From positions 8,860-47,390 of the forward strand of contig CAYZJZ010000001.1 of the NCBI GenBank assembly GCA_964478905.1: a DNA stretch of 38,531 nt, written 5' to 3'. Shown piece by piece: positions 9,190-18,300 of the stretch (positions within the stretch are counted from its first letter, which is position 1; each line of letters begins with the position of its first letter). The DNA comes from an uncultured Eubacteriales bacterium. GTDB taxonomy: Bacteria > Bacillota > Clostridia > TANB77 > RGIG9151. The notes beneath the pieces were generated by a model, which was not told the DNA's origin, did not search any database, and saw only the letters and a list, made by a program, of their open reading frames with translations. The translations under genes were made by a program, and so were the position numbers.

Positions 9190-10062
9190 TTAATAATCTT
9201 TTTCCATTCCAATAATGTCCATTATTCTATCCAAGTCACTATTCGACATATATTCAATAACAATTTTACCTTTCTCATTAGATTTAGAAATTATTTTTAC
9301 TTTAGTTCCTAAATATCCCTTCATACTATCTTCCAAATTTTTTGTAAATATATCTTCCATTTTTTCAGGATTTTTTCCTTTTTTACGTCTTCTCATCAAA
9401 AGTTCCACATCACGAACAGTCATTCCTCTTTTTTCAATAAGTAATGCCATTTCATATTGCTTGTCATTAGATGTAATAGGTAAAATCGCTCTTGCATGAG
9501 CCTCAGAAATTCTATTTTCATTTAGCATTTCTTGAACTCTTTGATCTAAATTTAGTAACCTAACAACATTAGCAACAGCAGATCTACTTTTACCAACCAC
9601 CTTAGAAACTTCTTCTTGAGTCATATTATATTCACTCATCAAAACTTGAAAAGCATTTGCTTCTTCCAAAACATTTAAATCCTGTCTTTGAATATTTTCA
9701 ATTAAAGCTAGTTCTAAAATTTTAGAATCAGTCATATCATTTCTTATTATAACAGGAACAGTCTTTAAACCGGCAACTCTCGCTGCTCTCCATCTTCTCT
9801 CACCTGCTATAATTTTATATGTATCATTAGACTTTGAAACTACTATCGGTTGCATAATACCATTCTCTTTTATAGATTCCGCCAAACTATCTATTTTTTC
9901 TTGATCAAACATCTTTCTTGGTTGTTTCATATTAGGTTCTATTTCAGTTATCTTTAATTCGGTTATGCCGTTTTGCGCAACTTTCCCCTCAATATTTTCA
10001 ATTTTTTCTTCTATTTCTTCACCAAAAAGTGCATCTAAGCCTTTTCCTAAACCTTTTTTCAT
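9190..10062 (-). CDS. parB: Chromosome partitioning protein ParB/Spo0J
   Basis: 290 aa with ParB box IIAGERRWRAA, an HTH segment (MTQEEVSKVVGKSRSAVANVVRLL) and a C-terminal dimerisation region. It is adjacent to parA and parS. Confidence 0.95.
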   Translation of the reverse strand: MKKGLGKGLDALFGEEIEEKIENIEGKVAQNGITELKITEIEPNMKQPRKMFDQEKIDSLAESIKENGIMQPIVVSKSNDTYKIIAGERRWRAARVAGLKTVPVIIRNDMTDSKILELALIENIQRQDLNVLEEANAFQVLMSEYNMTQEEVSKVVGKSRSAVANVVRLLNLDQRVQEMLNENRISEAHARAILPITSNDKQYEMALLIEKRGMTVRDVELLMRRRKKGKNPEKMEDIFTKNLEDSMKGYLGTKVKIISKSNEKGKIVIEYMSNSDLDRIMDIIGMEKDY

Positions 10063-10077
10063 TTTTATCCTCCTTAA

Positions 10078-10093
10078 TGTTTCACGTGAAACA
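10078..10093. other. parS centromere site (perfect consensus)
   Basis: TGTTTCACGTGAAACA matches the Firmicutes parS consensus TGTTNCACGTGAAACA exactly. It sits in the parA-parB spacer, inside a 20-bp perfect palindrome. Confidence 0.9.
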
Positions 10094-10094
10094 T

Positions 10095-10874
10095 TTATTT
10101 TTTCTCTTTTATTGTATTAGCTTTTAGTACCAATTTTGCTAAATCATTATAACTCTTTGTCCCACTCGAATTCTTATCATATACAACTATCGGTAATCCG
10201 TGACTCGGGGCTTCGCTTAATCTTACATTCCTAGGTATCATTACCGGATACACTTTATCTTTAAAATGTTTCCTTACTTCATCTGCAACTTCTTTAGAAA
10301 GTTTTCTTCTAGATTCATACATCGTCAATACAATACCTTCTATTTCTAACTCGGTATTTATTTTTTTCTTAATAAGATTTATTGTATTAATTAATTGACC
10401 TAATCCTTCTAATGCATAAAATTCACATTGAATAGGAATAAGTACAGAATTAGCTGCTGTTAATGAATTTAACGTTATTAATCCTAACGAAGGAGGACAA
10501 TCTATGATTATATAATCATACAAGTCTTTTACTTCTTCTAAAGCTGTTTTTAACACAAATTCTCTAGCCATAACGCTTACCAATTCAATTTCAGCTCCGG
10601 CAAGTTCAATGCTGGAAGGTAAAATGTGTAACTTTTTTATTTGTGTCTCTTGAATACAATTCTTTATCGGCTCTCCATCAATCATAACCGAATATACATT
10701 CTTATTTTCCTTAGACTTGTCTATTCCTAATCCGCTCGTTGCATTACCTTGGGGGTCTGTATCAACTAATAATACTTTTTTCCCTTTTACCGCTATTGCA
10801 GCACTTAAATTTATAGCAGTTGTAGTTTTACCTACACCACCCTTTTGGTTTGTAATTGCTATAATTTTTCCCAT
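10095..10874 (-). CDS. soj: Chromosome partitioning ATPase ParA/Soj
   Basis: Deviant Walker A NQKGGVGKTTT. I place the start at the ATG giving MGKIIAITNQ (10874), which has RBS GGGAGA 7 nt upstream. The ORF-track start at 10913 adds 13 aa with no better RBS. Confidence 0.93.
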   Translation of the reverse strand: MGKIIAITNQKGGVGKTTTAINLSAAIAVKGKKVLLVDTDPQGNATSGLGIDKSKENKNVYSVMIDGEPIKNCIQETQIKKLHILPSSIELAGAEIELVSVMAREFVLKTALEEVKDLYDYIIIDCPPSLGLITLNSLTAANSVLIPIQCEFYALEGLGQLINTINLIKKKINTELEIEGIVLTMYESRRKLSKEVADEVRKHFKDKVYPVMIPRNVRLSEAPSHGLPIVVYDKNSSGTKSYNDLAKLVLKANTIKEKK

Positions 10875-10957
10875 AGAAGAATCTCCCTTCATTTCGTATA
10901 TCGTCCTTACCATTTTAACATATTTTTTTCAAAAAAGGAAGAAAATAAAGAAAAAAA

Positions 10958-10973
10958 TGTTTCACATGAAACA
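10958..10973. other. parS-like site (1 mismatch)
   Basis: TGTTTCACATGAAACA has one central G-to-A change. It lies in the intergenic region between rsmG and parA. Confidence 0.6.
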
Positions 10974-11044
10974 TTTTTCTTTATTTTCCGAGGAAGTTCT
11001 AACTAAAAACAAATAAAATTTATTTTTAATCAAGCTTTCTATAA

Positions 11045-11740
11045 TTAAAATTTTATTTTACGTCTAGGGAATTCTTTAGGTGTTTCTCTTACCTTATCTA
11101 TAATAATTACAGTATGTTTTATATCCGACTCAGGCAAAACAATTTCTTCTATGGTTGAAATCTTTCCACCCAAATTTCCTATATGTGCTTTAGCTTCGTT
11201 TACTTCTTCCAAGTATTCAGAGCCTTTCATACAAACAAACTTTCCGCCTACTTTTACAAATGGTAAACAATACTCTGACAGTACTCTTAAATTTGCAACT
11301 GCTCTTGCAGTAGCTACATCATATTTCTCACGATAATTTTCATTTCTACTAACTTCTTCTGCTCTGCCATGTAGAGTTTCCACATTGTTTAATTGTAATT
11401 TTTCAACGACATCATTCAAATAAACAATTCTTTTATTAAGTGAATCTAACAAAGTCATCTTTGTTTCACGTGAAACAATTTTTATAGGGATACCAGGAAA
11501 TCCGGCTCCTGTACCAATATCTATAATTTTATCATTATCGTTTATATACTTTAAACAAGTCAAAGAGTCTACGAAATGTTTTGTTATAATATCATTTTCT
11601 TCAGTAATCGCAGTTAAATTTATTTTTTCATTCCATTCAAGCAATAAGTCTTGATATTTTTCAAATTGTTTCACGTGAAACATATCTAATTCAATGCCTA
11701 TTTTCTGAGCATCTTCAATAAGTTTTTTAGAATTATTCAT
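11045..11740 (-). CDS. rsmG: 16S rRNA (guanine527-N7)-methyltransferase RsmG (GidB)
   Basis: 231 aa with SAM motif DIGTGAGFPGIP and conserved synteny after mnmG. Confidence 0.95.
   Translation of the reverse strand: MNNSKKLIEDAQKIGIELDMFHVKQFEKYQDLLLEWNEKINLTAITEENDIITKHFVDSLTCLKYINDNDKIIDIGTGAGFPGIPIKIVSRETKMTLLDSLNKRIVYLNDVVEKLQLNNVETLHGRAEEVSRNENYREKYDVATARAVANLRVLSEYCLPFVKVGGKFVCMKGSEYLEEVNEAKAHIGNLGGKISTIEEIVLPESDIKHTVIIIDKVRETPKEFPRRKIKF
11462..11477. other. parS site (perfect consensus) inside rsmG
   Basis: TGTTTCACGTGAAACA is an exact match. Confidence 0.85.
11667..11682. other. parS site (perfect consensus) inside rsmG
   Basis: TGTTTCACGTGAAACA is an exact match. Confidence 0.85.
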
Positions 11741-11753
11741 TCTATTTCCTCCA

Positions 11754-13628
11754 TTATTGTTTATTTCTCATAGCCAACCAAACTAATAATACAGAAATGT
11801 CAGCCGGAGATACTCCGGAAATTCTTGATGCTTGGCCTATTGACTCTGGTTTTTGTTTGTTTAACTTTTGTCTTGCTTCTAAAGCAAGTCCACTTATTTC
11901 ATTATAGTCTATGTCTTTTGGCAACATCTTTCTTTCAAGCTTTTTAAATTGCCCTATTTGTATCATTTGCCTATTTATATACCCTTCATATTTTATTTGA
12001 ACTTCTACTTGCTCTTTCTCAGCTCTTGTAAGTTCAGGTCGATTTATATCTATTGGCTTTAGCAATTCATATGTAAGCTCTGTTCTCTTTAATAATTCGT
12101 CTAAATGAACACCAGTTGTAATTTTGCTTGTATTATTTTCTTCCAACAACCTATTTACTTCTTCCGTAGGAGATATAACAGTTTCTTTTATACGCTTTAT
12201 TTCTTTTTCTACATTTTCTTGTTTCATCAAAAATTTATTATATCTTTCGTCAGAAATTAGTCCTATCTTATGTCCTATCGGTGTTAATCTAGCATCAGCA
12301 TTATCTTGTCTTAAAATAAGTCTATATTCTGCTCTTGAGGTCATCATTCTGTAAGGTTCGTTAGTTCCCTTTGTAACCAAATCATCTATTAATACTCCAA
12401 TATACGCTTCGGAGCGGTCTAATACAATAGGGTCTAATCCCTTTATTTTCTGAGCAGCATTAATCCCCGCTATAATTCCTTGAGCAGCAGCTTCTTCATA
12501 ACCGGAACTTCCGTTTATTTGACCCGCAAAAAACATACCATCAATTTTTTTGTGCTCTAAGGATCTTTTTAACTGAGTAGGATTTATACAATCATATTCA
12601 ATTGCATATGCCGGACGCATTATCTTAGCATTTTCCAACCCCTTTATACTATGATATACTTCATATTGAACATCTTCAGGTAAACTCGATGACATTCCTT
12701 GAACATACATTTCATCAGTATTTTCTCCCATTGGCTCTATAAAAATTTGGTGTCTTTCTTTATCAGAAAAACGTACTATTTTATCTTCTATCGAAGGACA
12801 ATATCTAGGCCCTACCCCTTTTATATTTCCTGAATATAACGGCGAACGATGAATATTTGCTTTTATTATATTATGTGTATTTTCATTTGTATATGTTAAA
12901 TAGCAAGGGATTTGATCCTTTTCAATACTTTCATTTTCAAAAGAAAACGGTATTATTTCTTTATCTCCGTTTTGTATTTCCATTTCATCAAAATTAACGC
13001 TTCTTGCATTTATTCTAGCCGGGGTTCCGGTTTTAAATCTCATAAGTTCAATACCATTATCAATAAGTGATTTTGATAAATATTGTGCCGGAAACATACC
13101 GTCAGGGCCACCCTCATAATTTACGTCGCCTAAGAATATTCTGCCTTTTAAATAAGTCCCTGTGGCAAGTACAACAGCTTTTACTCTATATACTCCTCCA
13201 CGCGCTGTTTTTACGGAAACTACTTTTCCATCTTTTATTTCAATATCACTTATTTCTGCTTGGTTAATATCTAAATTTTCTTGACTTTCTAATGTATGTT
13301 TCATTTCTATTTGGTACTTTCTTCTGTCCGCTTGTGCTCTTAAAGAAAATACCGCAGGACCTTTAGATGTATTTAACATTTTAGATTGAATAAAAGTTTT
13401 GTCTGTATTTTTTCCCATTTCTCCACCCAAAGCATCTATTTCTCTAACTAAATGTCCTTTTGAAGTTCCGCCTATACTTGGATTACACGGCATATTAGCT
13501 ATACTATCTAAGTTTATTGAAAATATTATTGTTTTACATCCAAGCCTTGCTGAAGCGAGTGCAGCTTCACATCCGGCATGTCCTGCCCCAATTACAGCCA
13601 CATCATAATCATCTATAAAAAATTCCAT
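11754..13628 (-). CDS. mnmG: tRNA uridine-5-carboxymethylaminomethyl synthesis enzyme MnmG (GidA)
   Basis: 624 aa with an N-terminal FAD fold ([15 protein letters not shown]). The family pattern is highly conserved throughout. Confidence 0.97.
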   Translation of the reverse strand: MEFFIDDYDVAVIGAGHAGCEAALASARLGCKTIIFSINLDSIANMPCNPSIGGTSKGHLVREIDALGGEMGKNTDKTFIQSKMLNTSKGPAVFSLRAQADRRKYQIEMKHTLESQENLDINQAEISDIEIKDGKVVSVKTARGGVYRVKAVVLATGTYLKGRIFLGDVNYEGGPDGMFPAQYLSKSLIDNGIELMRFKTGTPARINARSVNFDEMEIQNGDKEIIPFSFENESIEKDQIPCYLTYTNENTHNIIKANIHRSPLYSGNIKGVGPRYCPSIEDKIVRFSDKERHQIFIEPMGENTDEMYVQGMSSSLPEDVQYEVYHSIKGLENAKIMRPAYAIEYDCINPTQLKRSLEHKKIDGMFFAGQINGSSGYEEAAAQGIIAGINAAQKIKGLDPIVLDRSEAYIGVLIDDLVTKGTNEPYRMMTSRAEYRLILRQDNADARLTPIGHKIGLISDERYNKFLMKQENVEKEIKRIKETVISPTEEVNRLLEENNTSKITTGVHLDELLKRTELTYELLKPIDINRPELTRAEKEQVEVQIKYEGYINRQMIQIGQFKKLERKMLPKDIDYNEISGLALEARQKLNKQKPESIGQASRISGVSPADISVLLVWLAMRNKQ

Positions 13629-13645
13629 ATAATCATCTCCAAAAA

Positions 13646-15016
13646 TTACTTACCTAAGCAAAACCGTGAGAAAATGCCGTTTATAGTTTCTTCGCTCACA
13701 TTTTGCCCTGTAATCTCTCCTAAATTGTTCAGTAATGATTTTATATCTATACTCACCATATCGACCGGCAAATCGGCTTTTAGAGCTTCAAGCGCATTTT
13801 TCGCACTATTACTAGCTTCTAAGATTAAATTTTTATGTCTCATATTAGATATAATTACATTTTCACCAGTTTCTACATCGTTGTTCTTCCAAAATCTTTC
13901 TATTTCATTTTCAATTTCTTCAATACCTATTTTTGATTTTGCAGAAATGTTAAAAATTTTCTTACCATCAAAAATTTCTGTTGCATTCCATTTTTCACTT
14001 AAATCAATTTTATTAATTAAAATTATAGATTTTTTATTCTTTATAAGATTAATTATTTCATAATCTTCCTCTGTCAAATCTCTTGATATATCAAATACCG
14101 CAATTATCATATCAGCATCATTTACTTCTTTTTTAGCTTTATTTACTCCTATTTCTTCTATAACATCATCTGTTTTTCTTATTCCGGCAGTGTCTATTAT
14201 TTTTAACGGAATACCTTTTATATTTACAAACTCTTCAATGGTGTCTCTTGTTGTACCCGGAATATCTGTTACAATAGCTCTTTCTTCTCTTAACAAAACA
14301 TTCATCAAAGAAGACTTTCCGACATTAGGTTTACCTAAAATAGCAGTTCTTACCCCTTCTTTTAACACCCTACCTTCATCAAATGAGTTATAAAGTTTAT
14401 CTAATTTTTCTTTCGTTTTAGTTAAAACTTCTCTCAATGTTTCACGTGTAACATCTTCGATTTCGTGCTCAGGATAATCGATTCCGGCTTCTATTTGAAT
14501 TAAAATATCATATACATCTTTTTGTATTTCGTTTATTTTTTCAGATAAAAATCCGGTAAGTTGTGTCATTGCAACACTTCTTGCTCTATCTGTTTTAGAA
14601 GTTATTATATCAATTATAGATTCGGCTTGTGCTAAATCAATTCTTCCATTTAAAAATGCACGTTTTGTAAATTCTCCAGGTTCTGCGATTCTAGCACCAG
14701 ATTCTATAACTTTATCCAATATTTTTCGCATAACAACTATACCGCCATGACAATTTATTTCTACTGTATTCTCAGTAGTATAAGAGTAAGGCGATTTAAA
14801 AAACGATACCATTACTTCATCTATTCTTTTTTCTCCATCAACAATAAATCCATATTTTATTACATTAGGTTTAGGATTGCTAACATCAAAAAAAGCATCC
14901 TTCGGACGAAAAATCTTTGCTACGACCGAAAATGCTTCCTCTCCGCTAATCCTTATAATTCCTATTCCTCCGACTCCCGGAGATGTAGCAATTGCAGCGA
15001 TTGTGGTTTTCTCCAT
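13646..15016 (-). CDS. mnmE: tRNA modification GTPase MnmE (TrmE)
   Basis: 456 aa with G-domain motifs [15 protein letters not shown] and NKID, and the C-terminal FCLGK (CxGK) motif. RBS is AGAGGAG. Confidence 0.97.
   Translation of the reverse strand: MEKTTIAAIATSPGVGGIGIIRISGEEAFSVVAKIFRPKDAFFDVSNPKPNVIKYGFIVDGEKRIDEVMVSFFKSPYSYTTENTVEINCHGGIVVMRKILDKVIESGARIAEPGEFTKRAFLNGRIDLAQAESIIDIITSKTDRARSVAMTQLTGFLSEKINEIQKDVYDILIQIEAGIDYPEHEIEDVTRETLREVLTKTKEKLDKLYNSFDEGRVLKEGVRTAILGKPNVGKSSLMNVLLREERAIVTDIPGTTRDTIEEFVNIKGIPLKIIDTAGIRKTDDVIEEIGVNKAKKEVNDADMIIAVFDISRDLTEEDYEIINLIKNKKSIILINKIDLSEKWNATEIFDGKKIFNISAKSKIGIEEIENEIERFWKNNDVETGENVIISNMRHKNLILEASNSAKNALEALKADLPVDMVSIDIKSLLNNLGEITGQNVSEETINGIFSRFCLGK
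14438..14453. other. parS-like site (1 mismatch) inside mnmE
   Basis: TGTTTCACGTGTAACA has one mismatch in the right arm. Confidence 0.55.
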
Positions 15017-15045
15017 TGTATTCTCCTCTTTTTCTAAAAATTCAA

Positions 15046-15200
15046 GCTATATTAACCTTCAACTAACAACATCAAAGAAAACTTTTTATTTTCTTTCGGT
15101 CGTTCGAGCTAATAATTAAAATTCACTTAAAAATCTTTAATTATATAAAGTTGAATTAAGTTTTTTAGCTATGAAGTTTCCTATTAAAGAAAATATTGTA
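15046..15200. repeat. Intergenic repeat element, copy A (partner at 34995-35126)
   Basis: Block 1 (15046-15120) aligns by eye with 34995-35070 at about four-fifths identity with one 1-nt indel; the shared core is AACAACATCAAAGAAA...GTTCGAGCTAATAATTAA. Block 2 (about 15165-15200, TAGCTatGAAgTTTCCTA..AAAATA.T.TGT) matches 35095-35126. The two blocks are separated by a variable spacer. Confidence 0.7.
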
Positions 15201-15256
15201 CTTTGTTTCGCTAAACAATAATCATTTTGTTTATCTTGGCAAAGTACAATGTTTTC
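15189..15256. repeat. Long inverted repeat / hairpin in the jag-mnmE spacer
   Basis: 17-nt arms gaaaatattgtactttg (15189-15205) and caaagtacaatgttttc (15240-15256) flank a 34-nt loop. The one imperfect position is a G.U pair if transcribed from the plus strand and a C.A mismatch from the minus strand. Confidence 0.6.
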
Positions 15257-15311
15257 TTTCAATAAAAAACAGTTTTTATAGTCCTAAAATATTAAACGGT
15301 AATATAACTCC

Positions 15312-15947
15312 TTAAGCCTTTTTAATAACAACTTTTCTAAAAGGCTCAGACCCAATGCTTATTGTAGTAACCTTAGTATCATCTTGTAGTGCTGTATGAA
15401 TAATTCTTCTTTCACACGGATTCATTGGTTCTAAAGTAATATTTTTACCATATCTTACAACATCTCTTGCTTTCTTATGAGCTAAAGCAGTCAATGTTTC
15501 TTTTCTCTTTTCTCTATAATTTTGAGCATCAATTTCTACTCTCTTATACTCGCCTGTTTTGTTTACTATAACATTTGTGAGTAATTGTAAAGCGTCTAAT
15601 GTCTCACCTTTATATCCTATTATAAGACCTAAATTTTCACCATCTAAATTTACTTTTAATGACTCTGCTGTATCTTGAATGTTGCTCTTTATGTCTAATC
15701 CTAAACAAGAAGTAATACTCGTTATAACTTCATTAACTTTTGCTGTTTTATCTTCTTGTATGACTTTTTCTTCCTCTTTTAGCGAAACTCTAACCAATGC
15801 CGGTTTTGCCCCTATTCCAAGTAACCCCTTGGTTGGCTCTTCAAGTATTTCTATTTCAACATTTTCTTCTGTTGCGTTTAGTTCTTGCAACGCCTTTTTT
15901 ACCGCTTCTTCAACCGTTTTACCCATTTTTTCAACAAAATTTGACAT
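15312..15947 (-). CDS. jag: Jag/KhpB RNA-binding protein (Jag_N, KH and R3H domains)
   Basis: 211 aa. The C-terminal LEPMNPCERRIIHTAL is an R3H motif. It has the conserved position after yidC. Confidence 0.9.
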   Translation of the reverse strand: MSNFVEKMGKTVEEAVKKALQELNATEENVEIEILEEPTKGLLGIGAKPALVRVSLKEEEKVIQEDKTAKVNEVITSITSCLGLDIKSNIQDTAESLKVNLDGENLGLIIGYKGETLDALQLLTNVIVNKTGEYKRVEIDAQNYREKRKETLTALAHKKARDVVRYGKNITLEPMNPCERRIIHTALQDDTKVTTISIGSEPFRKVVIKKA

Positions 15948-15961
15948 ATGGTTTTCCTCCT

Positions 15962-16765
15962 TTATTTATCTATTACTTTACTTTCTGCTTTTAATTTCGA
16001 CATCATCCAAGCTTGTAGTAATATAGTAATAGTTGTATTTACAAACCAATATAATCCCATACCCAACGGTACTTTAAATGAAATGTATGTAATTAGTAGA
16101 GGCATCATAATCATCATATTTTTTTGCATTGATTCAGCTTGTTCGTTTGACGCATCAGGCGTCTTTGACTGTTTCATACTTATATACGACGATAAAAACG
16201 TCGCAATTCCCGATAATATAGGAATTATCCAAGTAGCCCACATACTTAAGCTTGCGATACTTGGAACTTGGCCTAAATCTAGTCCTAAGAAATCAGTCTT
16301 TATCAAATCTTTTCGTTCATTTACTATATAATAAAGTTCTTTATATGTTCCCATATCGGCGTATTTTTCAATAGCTTGTTCAACCTCAACAGTCTTAATT
16401 TCAGGATACATAAACTTTACAGGTTGAGCTATTGCGAAAAACATAGCGTATATAATCGGTAACTGTATAAGCAAAAGTAAACATCCCGAGAAAGGGTTTA
16501 CTTGATTTTTCTGATATATTTTTTGCATTTCTTCAGCTAATTTTTGTTGATTATCTTTGTATTTATCTTGTAGTTTTAATAATATCGGCTGAATTTCTTG
16601 TGTTTTTTTCATTGTTCTTTGTTGTTTTAACGAAAGCGGTATTAATAATAATTTAATAAAAATCGTAAATAAAATGATGGCTAAACCATAATTCAAGGTA
16701 GCATCATATAAAGATCTTAAAATCCATCCCATAGCTCTGGCTATGATATCCATTATTGCTCCCAT
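15962..16765 (-). CDS. yidC: Membrane protein insertase YidC/SpoIIIJ
   Basis: 267-aa polytopic protein with the YidC/Oxa1 core pattern (LLIPLSLKQQRTMKK...NPFSGCLLLLIQLPI). It follows yidD and rnpA. Confidence 0.95.
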   Translation of the reverse strand: MGAIMDIIARAMGWILRSLYDATLNYGLAIILFTIFIKLLLIPLSLKQQRTMKKTQEIQPILLKLQDKYKDNQQKLAEEMQKIYQKNQVNPFSGCLLLLIQLPIIYAMFFAIAQPVKFMYPEIKTVEVEQAIEKYADMGTYKELYYIVNERKDLIKTDFLGLDLGQVPSIASLSMWATWIIPILSGIATFLSSYISMKQSKTPDASNEQAESMQKNMMIMMPLLITYISFKVPLGMGLYWFVNTTITILLQAWMMSKLKAESKVIDK

Positions 16766-16779
16766 ACTTACCTCCGAAT

Positions 16780-16992
16780 TTATTTTAACGGATCATCTCC
16801 GCCTTTAGCAAAAGGATTACAACGTAAAATTCTCCAAAAGCCCTTAGCAAGCCCCTTTATAACACCATATTTTTCAACAGCTTGTCTTGTATATTCAGAG
16901 CACGTCGGATTATATATACAACAACCTGCTCCTTTTAGAGGAGAAAGATACTTTTGATAAAATCTAATTGCCTTTAACACTAATTCTTTCAT
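16780..16992 (-). CDS. yidD: Membrane protein insertion efficiency factor YidD
   Basis: 70 aa with the YidD signature (YQKYLSPLKGAGCCIYNPTCSEYTRQAVEKYG). It overlaps the rnpA 3' end by 29 nt, as is common. Confidence 0.9.
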   Translation of the reverse strand: MKELVLKAIRFYQKYLSPLKGAGCCIYNPTCSEYTRQAVEKYGVIKGLAKGFWRILRCNPFAKGGDDPLK

Positions 16993-17326
16993 CGTCTGTT
17001 TCCTTTTGTATTTTTTTATACAAAAACTCCACTTCTTTTTTTATATCTAAATATCTCACATCATCAGCTAAGATTCTATTTTTCCAAACAAAAACAAGGT
17101 CATATCCCTTATTAAACGTAATCGTAGTTAATCTGGCAGATTCTCTTATTATTCTTTTTATTCTATTTCTTTCAACTGCGCATCCGGCTTTTTTTCCAAC
17201 AGCAAATCCGAAACGCAAAAGATTAAGTCTATTGGGGAAAAAATAAATAGCAATATTCTTACCATTAACAGATTTTCCCCTACTTAATACTCTTTTAAAT
17301 TCAAAGTTCTTTTTAATAGTCAACAT
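16964..17326 (-). CDS. rnpA: Ribonuclease P protein component RnpA
   Basis: 120-aa basic protein with the RNR motif (AVERNRIKRIIRE), directly downstream of rpmH. Confidence 0.9.
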   Translation of the reverse strand: MLTIKKNFEFKRVLSRGKSVNGKNIAIYFFPNRLNLLRFGFAVGKKAGCAVERNRIKRIIRESARLTTITFNKGYDLVFVWKNRILADDVRYLDIKKEVEFLYKKIQKETDDERISVKGN

Positions 17327-17357
17327 ATGTATATTTCTTTCCTTCTATTTGAACAAA

Positions 17358-17492
17358 TTATACACAAAGAACTGCTCTTCCTTTTGCTCTTCTGTTCTTT
17401 AATACTCTTCTTCCAGCTGCTGTTTCCATTCTAGAACGGAATCCGTGAACTTTTTTCATTTTTCTGTTATTTGGTTGATATGTTCTTTTCAT
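17358..17492 (-). CDS. rpmH: 50S ribosomal protein L34
   Basis: Not in the ORF track because it is short. My reverse-strand translation gives [44 protein letters not shown] (44 aa), a clear L34 sequence. Confidence 0.95.
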   Translation of the reverse strand: MKRTYQPNNRKMKKVHGFRSRMETAAGRRVLKNRRAKGRAVLCV

Positions 17493-17530
17493 TTTTTACA
17501 CCTACTTCCTTTTATAAGAATACCTGTTAC

Positions 17531-17559
17531 ATTGTATAACATAATGTTCAAACTGTCAA
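17531..17559 (-). promoter_or_regulatory. Sigma-A promoter for rpmH-rnpA
   Basis: The reverse strand reads TTGACA (17559-17554), a 17-nt spacer, then TACAAT (17536-17531), about 40 nt upstream of the rpmH ATG. Confidence 0.65.
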
Positions 17560-17594
17560 TAGTAAAATCCGGTTTTTGTTTATGGTTAAACTTA

Positions 17595-18221
17595 TTATGT
17601 AGTTATCTTTTCAGCAATTTTATTGTATTTACTTTCACCAATTCCAGAAACTTTTTTTATATCTTCAACATTAGAAAAATTTCCGTTTTCTTCCCTATAC
17701 TTTATTATTTTATCGGCAGTTGAATCACCTATGCCTGAAAGAGTTTTTAATTGTTCTTTTGTAGCAGTATTTATATTAACTTTTCCGTTAAGTACTGTAT
17801 CTTCGCTTACTATATTCATATTCTTAGATACTACCGGTTTTATCTTTTTTACCTCTTTAACTTTTTTAGGAATTGTTACTTTCATTGCATCGGTCAAAAT
17901 ATATGCCAAATTTACCTCAGTTAAGTCCGCCTCATTAGTTACTCCGCCGGCAATAATTATAGCATCATTAACTCTTGAACCTTCTATAAGAGCATATAAT
18001 CCGGGTTCATTTACTTCTCCACTTACATCAACATATATCATTTTTTCTTCTTCAATCTTTTCTTCAATCTTTTCCTCGGAAAATTCCTCAAAATTTTCAT
18101 CTTCTATCTCTTGAATTATTTCATTTTTTTTATTATTAATATAAAGTAAATTATAAATTAATGCCGATAGTAAAAATGTAGTTGAAATTATGAATATTAT
18201 TGTCTTCTTGGTTATCTTCAC
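17595..18221 (-). CDS. comEA: Competence protein ComEA (membrane-anchored SLBB plus tandem helix-hairpin-helix DNA-binding protein)
   Basis: SLBB-like IYVDVSGEVNEPGLYALIEGSRVNDAI, plus C-terminal HhH repeats (INTATKEQLKTLSGIGDSTADKII...VEDIKKVSGIGESKYNKI). I place the start at GTG 18221, which has GGAAGGAAG upstream and precedes the TM helix. The ORF-track ATG at 18395 would overlap the divergent dac gene start by 95 nt. Confidence 0.85.
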   Translation of the reverse strand: MKITKKTIIFIISTTFLLSALIYNLLYINNKKNEIIQEIEDENFEEFSEEKIEEKIEEEKMIYVDVSGEVNEPGLYALIEGSRVNDAIIIAGGVTNEADLTEVNLAYILTDAMKVTIPKKVKEVKKIKPVVSKNMNIVSEDTVLNGKVNINTATKEQLKTLSGIGDSTADKIIKYREENGNFSNVEDIKKVSGIGESKYNKIAEKITT

Positions 18222-18300
18222 ATTACCACTTCCTTCCAAGAAGAATATAACTTCTTTTACATATTCTGTCAATATATTTTTTAAAAAAAGGAGCGTTTTT

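Noticed and set aside
13578-14063. 161-aa plus-strand ORF inside mnmE. The same applies to the many other track ORFs antisense to conserved genes: 2064-2288, 2976-3473, 3533-3745, 9215-9499, 10717-11016, 11151-11336, 12124-12354, 13067-13267, 13399-13608, 14190-14393, 14747-15119, 15679-16331, 16968-17246, 17445-17723, 17623-18114, 24581-24802, 28205-28390, 28790-28975, 30077-30352, 32724-33138.
   Set aside because: All are embedded antisense in strongly supported conserved genes. They have Phe/Ser/Ile/Leu-rich low-complexity translations typical of AT-rich shadow frames, and none has a convincing RBS.
18190-18300. 37-codon N-terminal extension of the DD-carboxypeptidase ORF in the track
   Set aside because: The internal ATG at 18301 has a good AAAGGAG RBS and gives a canonical signal peptide. 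The extension would bury the signal peptide and overlaps the comEA 5' region.
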